This document shows, piece after piece, positions 18,174-25,167 of a DNA stretch of 29,953 nucleotides. A model generated the notes under the pieces. The model was not told the origin of the DNA. It saw nothing but the letters and a program-made list of their open reading frames with translations, and did no database searches. Source of the stretch: a virus (Duplodnaviria; Caudoviricetes); IMG/VR virus record IMGVR_UViG_3300046009_000864, positions 1-29,953 of that record; one strand, written 5' to 3'. Position numbers and translations under genes: made by a program. Each line of letters begins with the position of its first letter. Position 1 is the stretch's first letter.

Positions 18174-18638
18174 GTTTTTTTCGACTTCCTTATAGTCTGG
18201 GTTTACTGCCTTTTCGATGAGCTCGGTTAAATGCTTAATCTGCGCTGGCGAGAAGGCTTCGGAAATATCTTCGTACGACAGCGCGAAAAGCCCTTGCCCT
18301 TCCTCAAAACCAACTAAGTTGATAAGCGCAATCTCGCGCATAATCTCTTGGGCTTTGTAGCGTGATGCTTCTTTTAGGCTTCGCCCATCAACCACAATGT
18401 CATCGTCTTTACGCTCAACCTCTACGGTCTTATTGATCTTGTAGAGCTTTTCGAACGTATCGACTAGCTTTGTGTATTCCTGTTCTAGCAAAGCATCAGG
18501 AGGGTTTTTAATCTTGCTTTCAAGCTCAAGCATTTCCTTCCTGGTAGGAAGATAGACCTTTAGCGCGTGACCAGCGAAATCAATGTCTGCGTATTTCTGT
18601 CTTTGAAACGAAGAACCAAACTTGTCTTGTAATCTCAT
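18171..18638 (-). CDS. Tail assembly chaperone (gpG-like)
   Basis: Charged 155-aa protein upstream of the tape measure, ending in a slippery sequence. Confidence 0.8.
   Translation of the reverse strand: MRLQDKFGSSFQRQKYADIDFAGHALKVYLPTRKEMLELESKIKNPPDALLEQEYTKLVDTFEKLYKINKTVEVERKDDDIVVDGRSLKEASRYKAQEIMREIALINLVGFEEGQGLFALSYEDISEAFSPAQIKHLTELIEKAVNPDYKEVEKN
18174..18180 (-). other. -1 programmed ribosomal frameshift heptamer A AAA AAC
   Basis: Minus strand GTC GAA AAA AAC TAA gives an X XXY YYZ heptamer in the correct phase just before the stop, and the downstream ORF is in the -1 frame. Confidence 0.85.
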
Positions 18639-19111
18639 TTTCTAACCTTTGCTCGTTGTTTTGCCGCCCAAAGATCCATGTGAGCGCTCATGAGAGACGC
18701 TAACCGATCAAGCGCGGAGCTTGCCATTGATTGGAAACTGTTTCGTATAAACGGCCTAGCAGGAACTTCTGCCGTACCGAATTCTATAGCCTCTGCTGCC
18801 GGCCTGTACTCGCCTTTAGCATCCCTGTAGCCAACGCCAACATCGACAAACCCGAAAGCAACTGTATCGCGGCTAAGATACTTTTTAGACTTGTCTTTAC
18901 GCGTTGCAACCTTTGCGCCGTTGCGAACTTTGAGTTGCAGCTTTCCAGTATCGACAGGAACTCTTGCGCGGATTGCCGCTTTTACGGGCTCCATCGCAGA
19001 CTTAAGACCTGGAAGTAAAGACCGACGGGCTTTGGTCGTGCCGAACTCTTGAGCTAATTCTAAAAGCGAATCCTCAAACTCTCGGAAGCCCTTAACCTCA
19101 ATCTTTCCCAT
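18635..19111 (-). CDS. HK97 gp10-like neck/tail-completion protein
   Basis: IEVKGFREF, ARVPVDTGKL and AIEFGTAEVPARPFIR motifs. Confidence 0.88.
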   Translation of the reverse strand: MGKIEVKGFREFEDSLLELAQEFGTTKARRSLLPGLKSAMEPVKAAIRARVPVDTGKLQLKVRNGAKVATRKDKSKKYLSRDTVAFGFVDVGVGYRDAKGEYRPAAEAIEFGTAEVPARPFIRNSFQSMASSALDRLASLMSAHMDLWAAKQRAKVRK

Positions 19112-19322
19112 TGGTCACGATCTTTTTGAAAATTAGATCGTTAAGACGAATCACATAATTAACAACTTCGTCTGGTGTCATATCTGGCGCATGATTCTCC
19201 GCCATTTTGTGGCAAAGACTAATGTTGATAAGCCGTTGTTGAGGATACCCAAACCAGTTTTTGGAACCGGTTTGGGCTTGCGTGACTAAGTAAGCCAGCA
19301 AATCATCACTCGCTCTTTGCAT
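19098..19322 (-). CDS. Small hypothetical protein (74 aa)
   Basis: Overlaps both neighbouring genes and fills the operon. No recognisable motif. Confidence 0.6.
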   Translation of the reverse strand: MQRASDDLLAYLVTQAQTGSKNWFGYPQQRLINISLCHKMAENHAPDMTPDEVVNYVIRLNDLIFKKIVTNGKD

Positions 19323-19494
19323 GGGCTCTCAACACTGAAAGACAGACTGCTTCGGCACCGCCGGGGCTGGCTTCCTGTAGGGCGGCATCCACCTCTTGTA
19401 AGGTAAAGGGATGCCCTTTTGCCATTGCATGAAGGTCACCCCTGAATTCCGCCATCAGCGCTACTAATTCATCAAGTGTTGTTTGACCAGCCAT
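19306..19494 (-). CDS. Small hypothetical protein (62 aa, MAGQTTLDELV...)
   Basis: ATG 19494 is preceded by GAGG. The longer 19623 start lies deep inside the tube gene. Confidence 0.55.
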   Translation of the reverse strand: MAGQTTLDELVALMAEFRGDLHAMAKGHPFTLQEVDAALQEASPGGAEAVCLSVLRAHAKSE

Positions 19495-19966
19495 ATTGAT
19501 TGCCTCGCGGATGAATCGTGAAAGTAACCTGAGCTTCTGCGCCAGGAGCGGGGTCAATCGTCCACTGTGATACACGGCCATTGAAGGCGTAATAGACGTA
19601 ATTGGTTCCGTCTGTGGCGGCAATTACAAAAGTCCGGTCAATCGTACCGTTGTAAGCATCTGCTCGGAGCAAAAGAAGGTTTGTGTCTGATGGGTTCCAT
19701 GCGGCCACGACAGTCATGGAAGTTGGCGCAGACTGAACCGGGATCTTGTCAGACTGACGCGAACCAGCAACCGAAAAGTTAGCGACCGCATCATCTTGAC
19801 CAAAAGCAGGAATTGCTTCAACGGGTACAAGCTGAGCAGAAACTGCAATAGCCGAAACCGACGCGTAAACGCTAAGGTTGGCAGTCGTTAAAGGAGTTGG
19901 AGCAGCCCCCGGCTGGCAGTATAGAGAGGCTGAAAAGCCGGGTAAAACTTTATTAGGGAGAGCCAT
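19472..19966 (-). CDS. Major tail tube protein
   Basis: Follows the tail terminator. IPAFGQDDA...YYAFNGRVSQW...VTFTI beta pattern, with strong RBS GAGGTG. Confidence 0.78.
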   Translation of the reverse strand: MALPNKVLPGFSASLYCQPGAAPTPLTTANLSVYASVSAIAVSAQLVPVEAIPAFGQDDAVANFSVAGSRQSDKIPVQSAPTSMTVVAAWNPSDTNLLLLRADAYNGTIDRTFVIAATDGTNYVYYAFNGRVSQWTIDPAPGAEAQVTFTIHPRGNQYGWSNNT

Positions 19967-19974
19967 TTTTCACC

Positions 19975-20379
19975 TCACGAAGGAATGTCCAAAGTTGAAT
20001 CTAAAACAATCTGGTGTAGCTTGCTGTCATTATCGTATGTGTGGAAAAGCCAATCAACGTCTACTTTTGCCACAAAAAATAAGCCGCCAAATGTTCCCTG
20101 ATAGCCGTGGAGCGCATCGACAATCTGCTGAGCCTTCGAGTAACAGTTCGCCATCTGCTGAGCAAAAACTGTCGCTTGAAAGACAGGTCGATCTATACCC
20201 TTGACCGACTGCGGCCCTGTGTAAACCGGCTGATGAACATCTCTTAGCTGCCAAGTAACAAACGTCGGCTCGGTTGCAAAGTTGCGGTTGAACACAGCAT
20301 AAACCGGCGTGGGTGTGCAAACCGTCGTTAGCTGCGCCTGTATCGCTTGAGCATAAGTAACGGCTGAATTCTGGCCCAT
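19975..20379 (-). CDS. Tail terminator/completion protein (DUF3168/gp17-like)
   Basis: Synteny and size. PTFVTW, FQATVFA and AQQIVDALHGY pattern. Confidence 0.72.
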   Translation of the reverse strand: MGQNSAVTYAQAIQAQLTTVCTPTPVYAVFNRNFATEPTFVTWQLRDVHQPVYTGPQSVKGIDRPVFQATVFAQQMANCYSKAQQIVDALHGYQGTFGGLFFVAKVDVDWLFHTYDNDSKLHQIVLDSTLDIPS

Positions 20380-20723
20380 CAGACTGCAACCGTTGGTTCG
20401 TTACGGTAACAAGTAAACGTTACCCACTGCCGATCGTCATGCTCGTAAACCTCAGCGATCCGCCAAGACTTATCGCGGAAGGAAATGCTGTAAGCCTCTT
20501 GAGCATCGGAAATCGTACGCATGTTGGGCGTGTAGTTCACGGTGAACTCAATCATGTTGTCGTACTGACGAAACTTCTCAAGCGTTCGAATGCGGTTATG
20601 TACAGACTTGGTTTTTGCTCGCGTCTGAAACCATGCGGTCTCTGTCGTTGTCTGCTCGCCAAGATTGGTAAGCCCAAACGTCAGATTGTTGATGGTGATT
20701 TGATCGACGCGTAAAACCATCAC
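20379..20723 (-). CDS. Head-tail joining (head closure, SPP1 gp16-like) protein
   Basis: QITI, GEQTTT, FTVNY and WRIAEV pattern, 114 aa, after the connector. Confidence 0.72.
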   Translation of the reverse strand: MMVLRVDQITINNLTFGLTNLGEQTTTETAWFQTRAKTKSVHNRIRTLEKFRQYDNMIEFTVNYTPNMRTISDAQEAYSISFRDKSWRIAEVYEHDDRQWVTFTCYRNEPTVAV

Positions 20724-21364
20724 ATCACCAAAGTTTTGTAGGGTCTTAACAACTGGTCAATCGCCCAGGGAAGCTGATACTGCTTAGCCTCAGAAATGGC
20801 AGACCGATTATTGTAGAAATGCGTGAGAAGCATGAGACCAGCTTGCTTAACCACGGGATACTGACCAATGACGCTGCCTTGTAGCGTGTACTGGCAAAGC
20901 ATCGGAGCTGTCATGTAGGTGTTGACGTTATTAGGAACCTCGAAAAGAACTAACTTGTTTCCCGTCGGGTCGTAGTAATACTGCGAGCTTGCAATCGTCG
21001 TGAGAACCGGAGGGTTCAGGTCGTTGTAATACTTGACCCAGTTGATCGTCACGCCGTTTTGCGAAACCTCGGGGAGATCTAGCGAGACCGGAGCAGCCAT
21101 CAAACCCGAGATCAGATAAGAAGCCTGATACGTTACATTGAAGATTGGTACGCCCAAATAATCCTCAATTGCCATCCGCGCTGCTAGCTCAAGCTGCGAC
21201 AAAAACTCGTCTTGCGACTCATCCGCAAACAAATTGAGCTGGTTGGTGATTTCGTCAAGCGTAAGCCATTGCGTAACCGGGTCTCGATTACTCTGAATGA
21301 CCTTCGAGTAGTTGAACGGGTTACGCGAACCCGCTCCGAAATTACCCTGTAGCTGGCTTGGCAT
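20720..21364 (-). CDS. Head-tail connector (HK97 gp6-like)
   Basis: LTLDEITNQL, AARMAIEDYLG, VKQAGLMLLTHFYNNR and IDQLLRPYK. Confidence 0.88.
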   Translation of the reverse strand: MPSQLQGNFGAGSRNPFNYSKVIQSNRDPVTQWLTLDEITNQLNLFADESQDEFLSQLELAARMAIEDYLGVPIFNVTYQASYLISGLMAAPVSLDLPEVSQNGVTINWVKYYNDLNPPVLTTIASSQYYYDPTGNKLVLFEVPNNVNTYMTAPMLCQYTLQGSVIGQYPVVKQAGLMLLTHFYNNRSAISEAKQYQLPWAIDQLLRPYKTLVM

Positions 21365-21365
21365 A

Positions 21366-22394
21366 TTAAGCCCCGATCAAGCGAACACCAGCGGTTACAT
21401 CACGCACAGTTGAGACTAAACGCTTCTCAGCGTACACCGTAATTGTCCCAGGCTGCGTTTGCTCCATGCGTTGCAACGTCATCTCTGAATGGTCAACGAT
21501 CCACATAAACCGAGGCCAGTTGGCTAGGTAAATCGGAGAAGCGCCGACAGCGGGAGCATCCAAGTAGGGATTGGCAATAACTGGCCATCCCATGATGTTT
21601 ACAGCAGGACCTTCGCCTTCCTCGCCTACTTCAACAAGTGCGTAAGAATTGCCGCCATGCGTGTATTTCCTAAGCGTCTGGATCGCCGTGGGGTGCATCA
21701 TCCAAGCCGTTCCCGGCATCTTCCAAAACTGCCCTGGAAGAGCGTTAGCAACGTCCACAAGACTTTCCCATTCAATTCCGCCGCTATGCGTATAGCCAAC
21801 CGTGTTAAGCGTATGGATGCCGTTTGTAATCGCGGTTCCTGAGCTGCCATAAGCCGCCGTAGAACCAGCTGTTCCTGCGTACATCTTAAGACCACGCAAG
21901 CCGTTAGTTGCGCCTGTACTTGTCGTAGTCGATCCTGCCTGATCGTCATTGATCGCCATAGACGCGGCTTCGATCTGGCTAAATTCCATTGCAAGATCTT
22001 CGGCCAAAGCTGCATCTAAACCATTAATGTCATCCATCGCCGCTGCGCGAATAGGCATCTGAGCGCTGATAACGCGCATCGGAAGCTGCCAAATGCTGGT
22101 AGCAATGTTGGGCGATCCGCTATTAGCGTTTACCGTGTAGCCCCAAGGATTTGTAGAGTTAGCCGCATTACCCGTCTTAACAACAAACTGAATATCGGAA
22201 TCTGCGGTCATCGTCTGGTTAGCGTAAACCCGGAAAGGGTTCCAATAGCGCAGACTTGCAAATACATCTTCGTTATAGACGCGGCCACCAACGCCGGAGC
22301 CCGAGCCCGTAAGGGCTGAGGCTTCAGCGAGGTTCACCGTGGCTTTGCCCTCGTGGAGAGCCTGCTTAAGCCCTTCTAAAATCACTTGTTTCAT
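21366..22394 (-). CDS. Second HK97-fold capsid protein (paralog lacking most of the delta domain)
   Basis: Colinear similarity to the upstream capsid gene (EASALTGSG, QFxVKTGNA, WGYTV, ATSIWQ, AQxPIRxAAxDDIxGL, GLRGL, QTxPGxITxYxE). RBS GGAG. Confidence 0.88.
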   Translation of the reverse strand: MKQVILEGLKQALHEGKATVNLAEASALTGSGSGVGGRVYNEDVFASLRYWNPFRVYANQTMTADSDIQFVVKTGNAANSTNPWGYTVNANSGSPNIATSIWQLPMRVISAQMPIRAAAMDDINGLDAALAEDLAMEFSQIEAASMAINDDQAGSTTTSTGATNGLRGLKMYAGTAGSTAAYGSSGTAITNGIHTLNTVGYTHSGGIEWESLVDVANALPGQFWKMPGTAWMMHPTAIQTLRKYTHGGNSYALVEVGEEGEGPAVNIMGWPVIANPYLDAPAVGASPIYLANWPRFMWIVDHSEMTLQRMEQTQPGTITVYAEKRLVSTVRDVTAGVRLIGA

Positions 22395-22397
22395 AGT

Positions 22398-22429
22398 CTC
22401 TCCATAGAGGGAGAGGGCTTTCGCCCTCT
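22398..22429 (-). promoter_or_regulatory. Overlapping alternative hairpins between the capsid genes
   Basis: Hairpin A is AGAGGGC-GAAA-GCCCTCT (22429-22412) with no U-tract. Hairpin B is CTCTCC-CTCTAT-GGAGAG (22415-22398) and covers the RBS. Confidence 0.6.
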
Positions 22430-22433
22430 TAAA

Positions 22434-23783
22434 TTAAGCCGCAGTGCCAGTGGAACGGTAACGTACGCCAGCGTTAGGATCGCGCACAGATGTGGCTGCG
22501 CGAGTCTCGCCGTAGAACGTGATGCTTCCAGGCAAAGTCTGGTCGTAGCGACGCAGAACCATGCTTAGACGCATAACGATGGTGTGGAACTGCTGGAAGT
22601 CAGCAAAGTACATTGGGTAGTAAGACGTTGTACCTGCCGCGCCCGTTGTGGGCTGAGAAGGATTGTCAACGTACTTATTAACTACAACGTCAAAGCCAAG
22701 CAGCTTACCAACGATGCCATCGTCACGGCTCAGGCCGTCGATGTAGATCGGACGCTTCTGATCGTCAACCAAACCACGGATGCCCTGCAACAAGATTGGG
22801 TTAATCATGAAGCGAGCGGTCGGGGTCCAGTATTGCTGCGGCAAGCTGTAGATGAAGTTAACAACGTCTTTATAGACGATGTTATTTGCACCGACAGTGT
22901 TTGCGTTAGTGGTGAGCTGATCGTACGTTGCAAGGTTATGCAGACCGTTCGTGGTTGCGGTTCCCGAGGTTCCGAAAGAAGCCGTGGAAACTGTACCGCC
23001 CGTGTAGGTTGCATTTGCGCCGCCATATTGATCCAGGCCTCGCAAACCATCAGCGCCGCCAGTGGATACCGAGGTTCCGGTTCCCGATTGATCGTTGTTC
23101 TGGATCATCGAGGTTGCCATTGCCTGCTGGAATTCCATCAGCATGTCGTCAACAACGTTGGGCTCAAGACCATCAATATCGTCAAGCGCAGCAGTACGGA
23201 TTGGGAACTGTGCGTTTAAGTCTTTGAGGATCACCTGCCAAATCGACGTTGCTTCAGTCGTGGATGCGCCGTTGTTTTGCACCGTATAGCCCCACTGAGC
23301 GCCGGCGTTGCCGGTCTTTACGCGGAACTGATAAGCAGAACCATCAGTTGCAACGATGCGGGAAAGATCCATCATCGGATTGCCAAGACGCTTAGCGGCA
23401 AACACGGGATCGTAAGCGGTACGGCCACCAACGTCGTAACCAGAACCGGTAAGCGCAGATGCTTCTTTGATATACCCGTCGAACTGATCGACCGATTCAA
23501 AGATCTTTACTTCGCGCTCAACCTGATTGCCACCCTTCATGTACTCTTTAAGCACATCGCGGAAGCGACGGTTTGCCTCACCACGAACAGTCTTGTGGAT
23601 GGGGCGAATGATCGAAGGAGCGGCAATTTTTGCCTCAAGAGCGGCAAGTTTTTGCTCGGTTTCTGCTTTGACTGCCTGAACAGCTTCGGTAACTTGAGTC
23701 TTAACAGCCTCAGCGGTTTCGGCAAGTTTTGCAGCGTTAGATGCTTCGATTGCATCTAGTTTTTCAATGACTTTTTCAAGCAT
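22434..23783 (-). CDS. Major capsid protein, HK97 family, with N-terminal coiled-coil delta domain
   Basis: About 105-aa Ala/Glu/Lys coiled-coil N-terminus, then RFMINP, GKLLGFDVVVN and YFADF. Follows the protease, with RBS AAGGA. Confidence 0.93.
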   Translation of the reverse strand: MLEKVIEKLDAIEASNAAKLAETAEAVKTQVTEAVQAVKAETEQKLAALEAKIAAPSIIRPIHKTVRGEANRRFRDVLKEYMKGGNQVEREVKIFESVDQFDGYIKEASALTGSGYDVGGRTAYDPVFAAKRLGNPMMDLSRIVATDGSAYQFRVKTGNAGAQWGYTVQNNGASTTEATSIWQVILKDLNAQFPIRTAALDDIDGLEPNVVDDMLMEFQQAMATSMIQNNDQSGTGTSVSTGGADGLRGLDQYGGANATYTGGTVSTASFGTSGTATTNGLHNLATYDQLTTNANTVGANNIVYKDVVNFIYSLPQQYWTPTARFMINPILLQGIRGLVDDQKRPIYIDGLSRDDGIVGKLLGFDVVVNKYVDNPSQPTTGAAGTTSYYPMYFADFQQFHTIVMRLSMVLRRYDQTLPGSITFYGETRAATSVRDPNAGVRYRSTGTAA

Positions 23784-23794
23784 GATGATTTCCT

Positions 23795-24556
23795 TTATCG
23801 GGTTGCGATTGCCTTTAGCAGCTCACGGTATTGGAGCGCTTCCAGCAGTTTCACCGCTGCGTCTGGCTCACCCAGATTGGCGGGTTGCTTGGCAGATTCA
23901 GCGTCACGCTGTTCAATAATCTGTTTCAGCAAAGCAGATGCAGCGGTTGCATCCTTTCTTGAAAGCCCTGCATCACGCAGTGCCTTCTCGATTACTCTTG
24001 GATTGGGTTTGTTGTCCATCCAATATTCAAGTCTTGAGATCTCAGCTTTAGGATTGTTAGGGTTCATCACAATCGAAACCTCAGCTAATCCACCCTTCAT
24101 AATCTGAAAGAAGCTATCAGGGTCATCTGTAGGCTCGCCGTTCTCATCAACCATTTGGTATTCGTCAGCATAAGCGCCGACAGAAACACCGCCAACCATA
24201 CGCGGCGATTCCTTCATGATCGTGTACAGATCTGACCCTGCCGTGGTATTCAGGAAAAGTTTCCCGGTTCCGGTCATGCCTTCGTCGGTAATATCGAACT
24301 TTGACCACTCGCCCACGGGCATCATGTCTGAGCTGTGCTGGAAGTACATCGGCAACGGCCTGCCGGCTTCCATCCAACCTTCGTGCCACATCTCAAAAGC
24401 TGCTGGCGTGTAAAAGAATCTGCGCCCGTCTGCGCCTTCTCTTGCGCCCCAGGTTGTCAAAGTCGCCTCGATCTCGCCGGTGGGTTCGCCGGTTGCCTCA
24501 TCAGCCATACGGCCAAGCTCAACTTTTGCCTCGGTGAAGAATTGAACATGTTTCAT
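23795..24556 (-). CDS. HK97-type prohead maturation protease
   Basis: PMYFQH (His), PVGEW, GGVSVG (Ser) and LAEVSIVMNPNNPKA. Confidence 0.92.
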   Translation of the reverse strand: MKHVQFFTEAKVELGRMADEATGEPTGEIEATLTTWGAREGADGRRFFYTPAAFEMWHEGWMEAGRPLPMYFQHSSDMMPVGEWSKFDITDEGMTGTGKLFLNTTAGSDLYTIMKESPRMVGGVSVGAYADEYQMVDENGEPTDDPDSFFQIMKGGLAEVSIVMNPNNPKAEISRLEYWMDNKPNPRVIEKALRDAGLSRKDATAASALLKQIIEQRDAESAKQPANLGEPDAAVKLLEALQYRELLKAIATR

Positions 24557-24563
24557 AGTTACC

Positions 24564-25067
24564 TCACATAAACCTAAATGGTGAACCGACCGAGCTTCTT
24601 TCTAGTATTCGCTGCGCCGAATGGAGCATTACATCGTCTACATTTGCTGGCATCAAATTCATTTCCTGTATGACTGCTGGCGGCGATTGATACCACTGCA
24701 TAATTTTCTCAACCGTCCCTTTAGACCTCTCACGCGCTCTTTCTAAGCAAACCTCCAAACCTGGATCAATTAAAACAAACTCAACGCGTCGGTTTCTGTA
24801 AAGCGCAATGTTTTCTTGTTTAGGGCTTGTGTCGATAATATAAGCATCCGATTTTAAGCCTTGAAATATTCTTCGTATTGCAGCCTCTCTTACAGCAAAA
24901 GCCACTTCTCTTATGTCGCCGGTTGATCTATGGCTAACCATCGAACCAAGCGCTTTAGCTAACGAATCAAAATCGACAACTACATCATCCGGTCCACGCA
25001 CTTTCTTTATATAAGTGCTTTTGCCTGAGCAGGGAGCGCCAATAACTACTTTAACTTTTCCGCTCAT
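24564..25067 (-). CDS. Small P-loop NTPase/kinase-like protein (AAA_33-like)
   Basis: VVIGAPCSGKST Walker A, VVVDFD, AYIID and CLERARER lid motif (RxxxR). Confidence 0.8.
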   Translation of the reverse strand: MSGKVKVVIGAPCSGKSTYIKKVRGPDDVVVDFDSLAKALGSMVSHRSTGDIREVAFAVREAAIRRIFQGLKSDAYIIDTSPKQENIALYRNRRVEFVLIDPGLEVCLERARERSKGTVEKIMQWYQSPPAVIQEMNLMPANVDDVMLHSAQRILERSSVGSPFRFM

Positions 25068-25167
25068 TTACCCGCTCTTTTTCCTGTCGTTTGCCATCAA
25101 CCTGCTTCGGCGGCGGTTTACGCTTTGCCGCTTCATTTTTAAGACGCTGAAGAACATCCTTAAGCAT
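25051..25167 (-). CDS. Unlisted 38-aa basic peptide
   Basis: ATG 25167 overlaps the portal stop. Reads MLKDVLQRLKNEAAKRKPPPKQVDGKRQEKERVNERKS then TAA at 25053-25051, spanning the whole portal-NTPase gap. Confidence 0.5.
   Translation of the reverse strand: MLKDVLQRLKNEAAKRKPPPKQVDGKRQEKERVNERKS

Noticed and set aside
19495-19623. N-terminal extension of the 105-aa ORF 19306..19623
   Set aside because: It lies inside the tail tube gene. ATG 19494 with a GAGG RBS is the more plausible start.
22412-22429. Rho-independent terminator after the major capsid gene
   Set aside because: The stem-loop is good but is followed by CCCTCTAT rather than a U-tract, so it is reported as a regulatory hairpin only.
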